Positions 19,453-27,455 of a stretch of DNA of 58,178 bases are shown in pieces (positions within the stretch are counted from its first letter, which is position 1; each line of letters opens with the position of its first letter). The notes under the pieces are model-generated. The model had not been told where the DNA came from. It worked only from the letters and a program-made list of their open reading frames with translations, and ran no database searches. Source of the stretch: Deltaproteobacteria bacterium (GTDB lineage: Bacteria > Desulfobacterota > Desulfomonilia > UBA1062); the NCBI GenBank assembly GCA_022703355.1, contig JAKLDU010000004.1:1-58178 (forward strand). Direction: 5' to 3'. Position numbers and translations under genes: made by a program.

Positions 19453-19743
19453 TCACTTGAGGTCTGTGCCCGGCTTCGTGAGAGCACCGACAGACGGGGG
19501 AAGGTCCTTCCTCTTGTCCCTGTCCCGCTTGCGCTCCTGGAGGAGGAACAGCAGGGCCGCCGTATTCGACTTCACGTGGGCGAAGACCGACTCGAGACCC
19601 TGGAGCTCCGCATGGTGCTCGAGATTGTACTGCAACTCCTCGATGAGCTTTCTGAGCGTCTCTTCATGGAGTTCGTGCTTTCTCTTGACGAAGACCTTCT
19701 TGGCCTCAAGTTCCATTTCGGAGTCCATGACATGGTCCTTCAT
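19453..19743 (-). CDS. small helical His/Glu/Lys-rich protein, unknown function
   Basis: 96 aa with coding-like composition. SD GAGGGA 4 nt before the ATG. Last gene of the ECF sigma string. No family recognised. Confidence 0.45.
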   Translation of the reverse strand: MKDHVMDSEMELEAKKVFVKRKHELHEETLRKLIEELQYNLEHHAELQGLESVFAHVKSNTAALLFLLQERKRDRDKRKDLPPSVGALTKPGTDLK

Positions 19744-19827
19744 GGCGTCCCTCGCTTTTTTCGGTAAAAATTACTCCATCTCTCCAGAATGGTCAATGCA
19801 TATCAGGGGAGCTGCGCCCCCCTCCCA

Positions 19828-20280
19828 TCAGGGATCGAGCCTGTCCTGGCGAAGATGGCCTCTCCTCGAACGCTCTTCCTTTGCCGCTTCCATGAGCTTG
19901 AGATAGCGGTCCCGCCCGAGGATTTTGCGCACGTCGAGGAGATACCTGAAGCGCTCCTCCGAGAGCTTCTGCCTTTTGGCCTCGAGCTTCTTGAACTTTT
20001 TGAAGGCTGCACGCTGGTCGAGGGACGGGGCTTCGAGGACGCTGTCCATCTCGAGCCTCTGCCTTTCCACCTCCGCCCTCATATCGAAGAGATCCTTGCG
20101 CTTCTGCGTGTACAGATCGTCGAGGGTCTGGCGCTCCTGGGGGCTCAGATTGATCCTGTCCTCCATGGCAGGGGACTGCCACCACCTCCCATGGGTCGAA
20201 CCCTCATCCGCCGCGGCGGCAACCGGGAAGAGAATGATGAGCAGGCCGATCACCCAGAGCCCGGTCTTTCTGAATATCAT
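19828..20280 (-). CDS. periplasmic Spy/CpxP/ZraP-like (LTXXQ-type) protein
   Basis: Signal peptide MIFRKTGLWVIGLLIILFPVAAAA. All-helical, with an LSPQERQTLDDL motif and a charged coiled body. Confidence 0.65.
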   Translation of the reverse strand: MIFRKTGLWVIGLLIILFPVAAAADEGSTHGRWWQSPAMEDRINLSPQERQTLDDLYTQKRKDLFDMRAEVERQRLEMDSVLEAPSLDQRAAFKKFKKLEAKRQKLSEERFRYLLDVRKILGRDRYLKLMEAAKEERSRRGHLRQDRLDP

Positions 20281-20306
20281 ATCGCGCCTCCTTTTCTCGC
20301 CGGCCT

Positions 20307-20837
20307 TCAGGTAAGGCCGTCGTCATCGCTTATGGGAACCACGAAGTCGAGCACCTCATCGTCATCGAACGCATCCGTTGACGCTTCGGGCGAGATTTCC
20401 GCGTACGCGTCGGGAAGTGCGTTCTCCGTGAGCCTGCTCACATCCGCCATGAGGGCCGCGTCACTCATCCCGCCGGCTGCGGTGACCACCCGCCCCTGCC
20501 CTCCCGGGACCGTGTCCTGGTGCACGGGCGCAAGGAACAGGATGACCGCCGCGGCGGCAGCGGCGGCAAAGCCCGCCCCCAGGGCCCATCCGAAGGGCTG
20601 CAGCCGGCTCCACGCCGGCTCCCGGGAAGGGAGCACGATCTTCCGGGCAGGCTCGGGCGCACAGTCCCTCGCTTTTCTGCCCAGGGCCCGGAGGTCCTCC
20701 AGGATGCGCTGCCGCTCCAGGCGGCACTCCGGGCACGCCTGGAGATGAAGCCCTGCCGGCCCGCCCGGGTCCTTCCCGTCCACGAGGGAGGAAACCAGCT
20801 CTTCAGGGCTCAGGTGGCCTGTTGTGTCCTGCTTCAT
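20307..20837 (-). CDS. anti-sigma factor (zf-HC2 type, single TM, periplasmic acidic tail)
   Basis: ATG at 20837 (residue 68 of the track ORF) overlaps the sigma stop as ATGA. HLQACPECRLERQ zinc-finger motif and TM FGWALGAGFAAAAAAAVILFLAP. Confidence 0.7.
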   Translation of the reverse strand: MKQDTTGHLSPEELVSSLVDGKDPGGPAGLHLQACPECRLERQRILEDLRALGRKARDCAPEPARKIVLPSREPAWSRLQPFGWALGAGFAAAAAAAVILFLAPVHQDTVPGGQGRVVTAAGGMSDAALMADVSRLTENALPDAYAEISPEASTDAFDDDEVLDFVVPISDDDGLT

Positions 20838-21478
20838 GGCTTCTCCTCCTTCAGGAACCCGCACAGTTCCTTTTCGCAGCGAAACTTGTCCACGGCACGG
20901 TACAGGTGGGTCTTGACCGTGCTCTCGTTCTTGCCGAGCACTTCGGCGATCTCCCGGATGCCCAGATCGTCGAGGTACTTGAGCCGGAACACCTCTTTCT
21001 CGGCGGCCGACAGCCTGGTGAGGAACTTGCCGAGCCACCCCCAGAACTCCTTTCTCTCCAGGCGCTCCGACGCCCGATCCTCCTCAGGGGCCTGCCCCTC
21101 CTCCCGGTCGCCGGAGAACAGGGTGAAGATGGAGCGCAGGCGCTTCTTCCGGTAAAAGTCGTTCACGGCGTTCAGCGCTATCCGGTACAGCCAGGGCTTG
21201 AACATCACGGGATCCCTGATGGTTTCCACCCCCCGGAAGGCCTTGATGAACACGTCCTGGGTGATGTCCTCAGCATCCATGCGGGAAAGCGTCCGGTAAT
21301 ACACCATCCTGAATATCTCCCCCTGGTACCTGCCGATGAGGGACTCGAAGGCGGCACGGTCGCCGGCCGCCGCCTGCCTCACCTCGGCGATGAGGCGGGG
21401 ATCCATTGCCGGGGACTCGCCCCCTTCCTCCTGGCCGGACCCGGTTGCCTGACTGTCACCGTGCAGGGTGTCCTGCAT
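20834..21478 (-). CDS. ECF-type RNA polymerase sigma-70 factor
   Basis: Region 2 AFESLIGRYQGEIFRMVYYR...DAEDITQDVFIKAF...PWLYRIALNAVNDFYRKK and region 4 EKEVFRLKYLDDLGIREIAEVLGKNESTVKTHLYRA. ATG at 21478 follows GTGAGGA. ATG at 21406 is an alternative. Confidence 0.88.
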   Translation of the reverse strand: MQDTLHGDSQATGSGQEEGGESPAMDPRLIAEVRQAAAGDRAAFESLIGRYQGEIFRMVYYRTLSRMDAEDITQDVFIKAFRGVETIRDPVMFKPWLYRIALNAVNDFYRKKRLRSIFTLFSGDREEGQAPEEDRASERLERKEFWGWLGKFLTRLSAAEKEVFRLKYLDDLGIREIAEVLGKNESTVKTHLYRAVDKFRCEKELCGFLKEEKP

Positions 21479-21614
21479 CTCGCGTCCTCACCGTTCGGTC
21501 TGTGCCCGGGCCCTGCCAGGCCCCGCCGGTCCTTTCTTCATTCTTTCTACTCATCCTGACGCGTACCCCTGTTCTTTTGTCTACACCCCTGGTGCAAAAA
21601 AGCCACGATCACCC

Positions 21615-22112
21615 TCACGCCCCCCGGTCGCAGGCCGGTACGGGCAGTATCCTCGGGTCATGCCCGGTGATGCGGATGAACTTCATGACGTCGGCCAGGG
21701 AGATGACGAGCGTGCTCGTGTTCGTGTTGGGGTGGCACTGCATGGCGGGGCAGGAGCACAGGTCGCTGTCCACCACCACCTCCACCAGGCAGCCGGGGTC
21801 GTTGGCAATGCCTAAGATCGTCACCGAGCCCGGGGTCAGGCCGAGGAACTTTTCCATGCGCCCGGGGGAGGCGAAGCTCAGGCCCCTGGCCCCGAGCAGG
21901 CTCTCCATGGCCCTGATGTCCACGGACTTGGACGCCCCCACCGTGACGAGGATGTGCCTTTTGCCCTTCCTGTCCCGCAGGAAGAGGTTCTTGGTTTTGG
22001 CAGAGTCCCCGGGGATGCACAGGCGGTCGGCCTCCTCGCAGGTAAAGACCGGCTCGTGATCGTAGCGCTCGAAGGATATCCCGTTGTCGCGCAGGTATTG
22101 GCAGATGTCCAT
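21615..22112 (-). CDS. YbaK/ProX-type aminoacyl-tRNA deacylase domain protein
   Basis: 165 aa. The KTKNLFLRDRKGKRHILV...LGLTPGSVT pattern is typical of prolyl-tRNA-editing domain proteins. Confidence 0.8.
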   Translation of the reverse strand: MDICQYLRDNGISFERYDHEPVFTCEEADRLCIPGDSAKTKNLFLRDRKGKRHILVTVGASKSVDIRAMESLLGARGLSFASPGRMEKFLGLTPGSVTILGIANDPGCLVEVVVDSDLCSCPAMQCHPNTNTSTLVISLADVMKFIRITGHDPRILPVPACDRGA

Positions 22113-22304
22113 TTCTCGCTCCCTTGTACCACTACGGCCGCCCAGCTCCCGGTCCGAGGGAAAAAGGAACCCCGGACAGGGGGGCTATGGGGCGCGACCT
22201 CCGGCAAGACCCGCGGCAGGCCTGTTCAGAAAAGGATGGTGTCGTCCACCCGTCGCCGCTGTCGTCGCTGATGACCCCGATGCCCATGACCCCGGCAAAC
22301 CCCT

Positions 22305-22871
22305 TCAGGAAAGGATGATGTCGTCCAGGCTGCGTTTGGGCACGTGGTGGACCCCGTTCTCGTCCCGCCAGTACGCCACGTCCGCGCCCTCCCCCATCTC
22401 CTCGATCCTGACCTCCTCGGCCGGCTTGCCCAGGGCGATAACGAGGAGGATCTCGTACCTCTTAGGGATGGCCAGGGCCTCGCGGAGCCCGCCGCGCTTG
22501 ACCGAGGCGATCATGCACCCGCCCAGGCCCTTCGAGCAGGCGCCCAGGAGGATGCTCTGGGCGGCGATCCCGTGGTCGCAGCCGAAGGTTTTGGCGATGG
22601 CCGTGTCGCCCAGCACGACGATGTACGCCGAAGGCCGCTGCCCCGCCTCCGGGCCCGGCCAGTCCTTGAGGTAGGCCGCCCAGCCCAGGTGCGCAAAGAT
22701 GGCCGCGTTCTTCTTCGGCGTGTTCGAAAGGATGTATTTGAGGGGCTGGAGATTGGCCGCGGACGCCGAGAGGCGGGCGCAGTCCACCAGCTCCCTGAGC
22801 AGCCCCTCGTCTATTGCATGCCCCTCGTCGAATCTCCGGTACGACCTGTTCCTGGTGATGAGTTCACGCAT
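22305..22871 (-). CDS. nitroreductase-family protein
   Basis: RNRSYRRFDE...SASAANLQPLKYI...AAQSILLGA...GLGGCMI matches the nitroreductase fold pattern. Confidence 0.85.
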   Translation of the reverse strand: MRELITRNRSYRRFDEGHAIDEGLLRELVDCARLSASAANLQPLKYILSNTPKKNAAIFAHLGWAAYLKDWPGPEAGQRPSAYIVVLGDTAIAKTFGCDHGIAAQSILLGACSKGLGGCMIASVKRGGLREALAIPKRYEILLVIALGKPAEEVRIEEMGEGADVAYWRDENGVHHVPKRSLDDIILS

Positions 22872-23000
22872 CGTCCCTGCTCCTTGCTCCCTGGTTTCGC
22901 TGCAGGCGAAAGGCGCGGGTTGCCGCCCCTGCCCCGCCCTCTATTATCACCTGAGGGGCCGGCTTTCAAAAGGGTAATTGCGGCAGCAGCGGTCGAGAAC

Positions 23001-23723
23001 CTACTTCCCCTTCTTTCTCGCCTTCTCGAGGTTCTTCAGGAAGGGCTTGAATAGGAAGCTCTGTTCATCCATGGCGCAGAGCTGTTCGAACAGGGGCTTG
23101 GTGACCGTGAACGCCAGGATGTCCGGGGGCAGGTGCCTGCGCATCGCCACGTCGGTCGCCCCGATGACGGCCTGGGGCCTGTCCAGGTCGTCGAACAGGG
23201 GGAGCAGCTCCATGCACCCGGCCCCGAAGGGGGCGATGACCGCGGGGGGGCCGCCCGGAAGGCTGCAGTAGTGGGCGCCGATGACGAGGATGCTCAGGGC
23301 GTCCGGGTTGACGAAGAAGGTGATCGACTTCGCCAGGCCGTACCTGTCCTCCCGCAGGGGGCCGATGAGCACGTTCGCATGCTCCATCCGGTAGGGGCGG
23401 GCACCGTCGAACCACTTTCCCATGACCTCCCGCGAGCACTTGAGGCCCTCGCCCTCGTAGAGGAACGTCACATAGTCGTCCCGTGACCTCGTCCTGACCC
23501 CGCAGAGCCAGGTCCCCGCGCCCCCGCAGCCGAAGTTCTCCCTGGTGAGCAGGAGCGTCTCGCCCTCGAGGAAGTTCGGGTAGAACTGAAAAATGCAGAC
23601 ATGCCTGCCTGGCACGGGCGTCACGAGGGGCTCGAACCCCTCCGTCGACGGGGCGTCGTATACTGCGATGAGCGGCGCTCCCAGCCCGAGCTTGTCGACG
23701 AGCCTTCCTGGATCGGGCATCAT
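23001..23723 (-). CDS. DUF169-family protein
   Basis: ATG-ATG at 23723/23720 is preceded by GAGGAGG. The GCGGAGTWLCG and PFGAGCMEL-type Cys/Gly motifs are as I remember for DUF169. Confidence 0.7.
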   Translation of the reverse strand: MMPDPGRLVDKLGLGAPLIAVYDAPSTEGFEPLVTPVPGRHVCIFQFYPNFLEGETLLLTRENFGCGGAGTWLCGVRTRSRDDYVTFLYEGEGLKCSREVMGKWFDGARPYRMEHANVLIGPLREDRYGLAKSITFFVNPDALSILVIGAHYCSLPGGPPAVIAPFGAGCMELLPLFDDLDRPQAVIGATDVAMRRHLPPDILAFTVTKPLFEQLCAMDEQSFLFKPFLKNLEKARKKGK

Positions 23724-23766
23724 ACAGCCTCCTCTCCCCGTTCGCCGGGGCTCTCCCGCTGCCGGC

Positions 23767-24264
23767 TCAGAGCTCGTAGAGGGTGGTGTCAACCCCGGGT
23801 TTTTCCTTCTTCCCCGCGCTTGAGGTTTTCCCCTCCAGGACGAACGGCTCTTCGCCCTCCAGCAGATCGCCCATCTCCTGCTCGATGCGGTCCGGGTCTT
23901 CGCCCCTTTCCATGCGGCTCAAGGCCTCTTCCATGCCGGCTCCCATCTTCAGCCCCGTGGCCTCGGAAAGCTTGCGCATGAGGAGGGCGGCCTGCCGCGG
24001 GTCGTCGTCCCTGATCTTTTCCGCCTCGCTCGCGAGCATGGACATGGCTTTTTCCATCCGGGACTCGTCCATGGGCGGCATCCCGCCCTCATCATCGCCC
24101 TCGCCCCTGTTTTTCCCCGTGATGGCGGAAAACAGGGAGACCTTGCGCTTGAGGGGGACGTCAGCGCAGCGCGGGCAGCAGGGAATCTTCTCGGTGTTCA
24201 CGGACCTGGAAAAGAAGTTGTAGACCGTATTGCACTTGCGGCAATAAAACTCGTAAATCGGCAT
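23767..24264 (-). CDS. FmdB-family zinc-ribbon protein with a long acidic tail
   Basis: MPIYEFYCRKCNTVY...CPRCADVPLKRKVS is a CxxC...CxxC zinc ribbon. The remainder is low-complexity and acidic. Confidence 0.75.
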   Translation of the reverse strand: MPIYEFYCRKCNTVYNFFSRSVNTEKIPCCPRCADVPLKRKVSLFSAITGKNRGEGDDEGGMPPMDESRMEKAMSMLASEAEKIRDDDPRQAALLMRKLSEATGLKMGAGMEEALSRMERGEDPDRIEQEMGDLLEGEEPFVLEGKTSSAGKKEKPGVDTTLYEL

Positions 24265-24522
24265 AACACACCCTCACGACACTATCTTGGGGTGCTATTT
24301 AATGACAGAACCCCCTCCCAAATCAAGAGGGGAATTTCCCTGCCCGGCGGATTTGCCGCGAGTCTCCCGACAGACCTTGAGTCGAGCCGGGAAATGTGGG
24401 AAAAGATTTTTGTCCCGAAGTCCCGCCCGCGGGGGGCCGCACCCGATCCTCCCCGCCCCTTATGGCCGGGCCCCCGGGCGGACACCGGGGATCGGGAAAA
24501 ATGAGCGGCAGGAGACACACCC

Positions 24523-24951
24523 ATGACCAGAGACGATCTGCTCCAGTTCCTGAATGCAAACCCCCTCTGCAGCCTCGCCACGGTGGAGGGCGGAGAGCCC
24601 AGGGTGCGGGGCATGCACCTGTACCTGGCAGAGGCGAGCGGCCTGCTCTTCCACACGGCGGAGCCAAAGGACCTCTACCGGCAGGTCCGGGAGAACCCCC
24701 GGGCGGAGGCGTGCTTCGTCTCCCCCGACGGCCACCTCCAGATCCGGGTGCGGGGGGAAATGGAAGTGGTCGAGGACCTCGAGCTGAAAAAAGAGATGGT
24801 GAACGCCAGGGAATATCTCCAGCCCCTGGTGTGGAGCAACGGGTTCGACATCCTCAAGGTGCTGCGCATGAAGAACTGCACGGCCCTGATCTGGACCTCT
24901 GACCTGGACTTCATGCCCAAGATGCCCATCGAGCTCACGGACCCCGCCTGA
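24523..24951 (+). CDS. pyridoxamine 5'-phosphate oxidase-like FMN-binding split-barrel protein
   Basis: 142 aa. The LATVEGGEPRVRGMHL...LFHTAEPKDLYRQVRENPRAEACF pattern is present. SD AGGAGA 8 nt upstream. Confidence 0.75.
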   Translation: MTRDDLLQFLNANPLCSLATVEGGEPRVRGMHLYLAEASGLLFHTAEPKDLYRQVRENPRAEACFVSPDGHLQIRVRGEMEVVEDLELKKEMVNAREYLQPLVWSNGFDILKVLRMKNCTALIWTSDLDFMPKMPIELTDPA

Positions 24952-25008
24952 GGGCGGGCACCGTTTCCGTGGCAGTGGCGGAGTGCAGGAAGTGACCGGC
25001 CCTTCGGG

Positions 25009-25045
25009 GCGCCAGAAGAAGAGGCGCTTCTGGTGCGGATTTTTT
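25009..25045 (+). terminator. intrinsic-terminator-like hairpin after the PNPOx-like gene
   Basis: 10-bp stem (25009-18 with 25027-36, one G-U), 8-nt loop, then GGA and T6 (25040-45). Confidence 0.45.
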
Positions 25046-25083
25046 CCGGCTCCGGCAGCAGCAGGGAGAATCCGCACCAGAAG
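25027..25083. repeat. perfect 15-bp inverted repeat sharing its left arm with the terminator stem
   Basis: CTTCTGGTGCGGATT (25027-41) and AATCCGCACCAGAAG (25069-83) with a 27-nt loop. Sequence cross-checked against track ORF 24460..25077. Confidence 0.8.
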
Positions 25084-25113
25084 ACCAGTTAACTAGCTAT
25101 ATTTATTATTTAT

Positions 25114-25143
25114 TTGATTTTAATCCACAGGAGGCTATACAAT
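25114..25143 (+). promoter_or_regulatory. sigma70-like promoter TTGATT-18-TACAAT in a ~50-nt AT-rich island
   Basis: TTGATT at 25114-19 and TACAAT at 25138-43. It lies inside the only AT-rich stretch between 24.9 and 25.3 kb, upstream of the small ORF and the MoSto-like gene. Confidence 0.45.
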
Positions 25144-25226
25144 AGGAAAGCTCCATGAAACACACTGCCCGCCGGCAGGGCGCCGCCCTGACCGTGCCGG
25201 TGCAGGAAGCCCAAAGGAGGCGCGCC

Positions 25227-25451
25227 ATGGCTGGAAAGATCTTTTACCGCGAACGGACAAAGGCGAAAGAAGGGGAGAAGAAGCCCAGATTTCTCATGGT
25301 GGCCGTGGCCGGCGTCGACCTGAAGTTCCACGCAAAGCACGTCCGGAAGACCGAACTCGAGATGATCGCCCGGGAGGTCGGGGCCGAGCTGGTGTTCCTC
25401 GGCCGCGACGAGGAAGGGAAGTTCAGCGGAGAGGATGTCGAGGTAAGCTGA
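25227..25451 (+). CDS. 74-aa basic/acidic protein of unknown function, first gene of the MoSto-like operon
   Basis: ATG at 25227 (residue 25 of the track ORF) is preceded by AAAGGAGG at 7 nt. Sequence MAGKIFYRERTKAKEGEKKPRFLMVAVAGVDLKFHAKH..., Cys-free. The ATG at 25155 would lie at or before the predicted transcription start. Confidence 0.45.
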   Translation: MAGKIFYRERTKAKEGEKKPRFLMVAVAGVDLKFHAKHVRKTELEMIAREVGAELVFLGRDEEGKFSGEDVEVS

Positions 25452-25495
25452 CCCGGGAGCACATCTGCGCTTTTGAACCGTGAAAGGATGACCGC

Positions 25496-26326
25496 ATGCC
25501 GCTGACGAGAGAAAAGGACGGAAAACGCCTGCACATAAAAAGCAGGCTCATGGGCGAGAGCCTCGTGAGGAAGTCGCTCTATGACGAGCTGGACTCGCCG
25601 CCCCAGGTGAAGCTGTTCCCGGACGTGAACGTGGTGAAGATCGGCGGCCAGTCCATCTGCGATCGCGGGAAAAAGGCCCTCCCCGCCATCGTAGAAGAGC
25701 TCGGATCGGCGAAAAAGAGGCACAAGATCCTGGTCACCACCGGCGGAGGCACGAGGAGCAGGCACATCTACGCCATCGCCCTGGAGCTGGGCATGCCCAC
25801 GGGCATCATCGCCCGGTTCGCCAGCACCATATCCGAGCAGAACGCCATCCTGGTTTCCACCCTGCTGGCGCACTGGGACGGCATCCGCATCCACCAGGAC
25901 GACATCCTGAAGATCCCCACCTACTTCTCCCAGGGGTGCATCCCGGTGGTCCAGGGCATGCCGCCCTTCGACTACTTCGCCCTGCCGCCGGACAAGGGCA
26001 GGCTCCCCATTCACAGGACCGACGCGGGGACCCTGCTCATGGCGAACCTCATCGGGGCGCGGAGCTGCATCTTCGTGAAGGACGAGGACGGCCTCTACAC
26101 GGACAACCCCAAGACCAACCCGGACGCCGTCTTCATCCCGGAGATCGGGGCGAGGGAACTCCTGGAAAGAGACCTGGAGGATCTCGTCATCGAGCCTTCA
26201 TGCCTGGAGATCCTCATCAACAGCCCGTCCATCGACAGGATACAGGTCGTCAACGGCCTCAAGAAGGGGAACATAACCAAGGCCCTGGACGGCAAGCGCG
26301 TGGGCACGGTCATCTACCGGGATTGA
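25496..26326 (+). CDS. molybdenum/tungsten storage protein (MosA/MosB-like) homologue, amino-acid-kinase fold
   Basis: VVKIGGQSICDRG, ILVTTGGGTRSRHIYAIALELGMPTG, QGMPPFDY, HRTDAGTLLMANL, IFVKDEDGLYTDNPKTNPDAVFIPEI and IQVVNGLKKGNITKALDGKRVGTVI closely follow the motif order I recall for Azotobacter vinelandii MosB. SD GAAAGGA. Confidence 0.75.
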   Translation: MPLTREKDGKRLHIKSRLMGESLVRKSLYDELDSPPQVKLFPDVNVVKIGGQSICDRGKKALPAIVEELGSAKKRHKILVTTGGGTRSRHIYAIALELGMPTGIIARFASTISEQNAILVSTLLAHWDGIRIHQDDILKIPTYFSQGCIPVVQGMPPFDYFALPPDKGRLPIHRTDAGTLLMANLIGARSCIFVKDEDGLYTDNPKTNPDAVFIPEIGARELLERDLEDLVIEPSCLEILINSPSIDRIQVVNGLKKGNITKALDGKRVGTVIYRD

Positions 26327-26360
26327 CGGCAGGGACCCCGGGCGGCCGCCCGGGGTCCGG

Positions 26361-27455
26361 TCAGGCACCTGGCTTCCTGATGACATGCACCGCGGTGGCC
26401 TTGAACACGGCCGTCACGCCCTTGCCCGGCAGAAGCCCCAGGTCGTCCACGGACTGCCCTGTCACGTGGGCGTTCAGGGAAAACCCGCAGTCAATGCTCA
26501 CCCGGTAAAGCATCCCGATGGGCTGCACGCTCCGGATCGTCCCGGAGAGCACGTTCCGGGCGCTCGAGTCCGGCCTCGAGCCTTCGGGGTAGATGGTGAC
26601 GTGCTCCGGCCGTATGAAGCACAAAACCTCCTTCCCCTGCTCGCAGGTACCTGCGCAGAAAATCTCCCTGCTCCCCACCTCCACCTGCAGGGCACCCCCC
26701 GCCGAGGACCTGACCCTGCCCTTAAGGATGGTTTCGACCCCGACGAAGGCCGCCACGGCCTCGCTCACCGGCTGGTTCATCACCTCGGCAGGGGTGCCGA
26801 TCTGGGCGATGCCGCCCCCGTCCATGACCGCGATCCTGTCCGAGAGCCGAAGTGCATCCATGCGGTCGTGGGTGGCCATGACCGCGGTGGTCCCCCTGAT
26901 GCGCATCGCGTGGCCCAAATCCTGGACGATGGCTTCCTTGGTGGGCGGGTCAAGGGAAGCGAAGGGCTCGTCCAGGAGGATGAGCTCGGGGTTGGTGGCG
27001 AACGCCCTCGCGAGGCTCGTGCGCTGCGCCTCGCCCCCGGAGATCTTTCTCGCGGAACGGGAGGAGAGGTGGGCCACGTCGAAGAGCGCCAGGTTCTCCT
27101 CGATGACCGGCCGCATGGAGCTCCGCGCCATTCCCCTTATTCTCAGGCCCGAGGCGACGTTCTCGTACACGGTCGCATCGAAGAGCAGGGGCTCCTGGAA
27201 CACCATGGCCAGCCTGCGCCGGTAGTCGAGGAGACGTGCGCCGTTTTCCACGGGCTTCCCGTGGAAGCCGATCTCGCCCCGATCCTTCCTGATGAGACCC
27301 GCCAGGCCAAGGAGCAGGGTGGACTTGCCCGTGCCGTTGGGGCCGATGAGGGAAAGGAACTCCCCGGTGCGGATCTCGAACCCGGGGATGTCGAGCACGG
27401 GCACCCCCCCCCGGCTGACTTTGAGATTCCTCACCGAAAGGATAACTCCCTTCAT
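26361..27455 (-). CDS. tupC: tungstate/molybdate ABC transporter ATP-binding protein with C-terminal TOBE/Mop domain
   Basis: ATG at 27455 (residue 148 of the track ORF; ATGA overlap with the permease stop). Walker A GPNGTGKST, signature ISGGEAQR, Walker B LILLDEP. C-terminal ~120 aa is a TOBE-like beta domain. Confidence 0.85.
   Translation of the reverse strand: MKGVILSVRNLKVSRGGVPVLDIPGFEIRTGEFLSLIGPNGTGKSTLLLGLAGLIRKDRGEIGFHGKPVENGARLLDYRRRLAMVFQEPLLFDATVYENVASGLRIRGMARSSMRPVIEENLALFDVAHLSSRSARKISGGEAQRTSLARAFATNPELILLDEPFASLDPPTKEAIVQDLGHAMRIRGTTAVMATHDRMDALRLSDRIAVMDGGGIAQIGTPAEVMNQPVSEAVAAFVGVETILKGRVRSSAGGALQVEVGSREIFCAGTCEQGKEVLCFIRPEHVTIYPEGSRPDSSARNVLSGTIRSVQPIGMLYRVSIDCGFSLNAHVTGQSVDDLGLLPGKGVTAVFKATAVHVIRKPGA

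Noticed and set aside
21479-21614. ECF-type autoregulatory promoter (GAAC-N16/17-CGTC) upstream of the sigma factor gene.
   Set aside because: On the minus strand, GAAC and CGTC are both present (AAGAACAGGGGTACGCGTCAGG) but only 9 nt apart, which is incompatible with ECF promoter geometry.
24952-25226. Moco (molybdenum/tungsten cofactor) riboswitch upstream of the MoSto-like operon. I also looked at 29091..29208, 30133..30468 and 4898..5023.
   Set aside because: I could not find the conserved Moco-motif core sequences as I remember them, and I cannot run a covariance model. This remains unproven rather than excluded. An Infernal scan with the Rfam Moco RNA motif model would settle it.
25155-25226. 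ATG at 25155 as the start of the small ORF (98 aa).
   Set aside because: It lies only ~12 nt after the predicted -10 box, so its SD would not be transcribed. The in-frame ATG at 25227 has a strong AAAGGAGG SD at ideal spacing.
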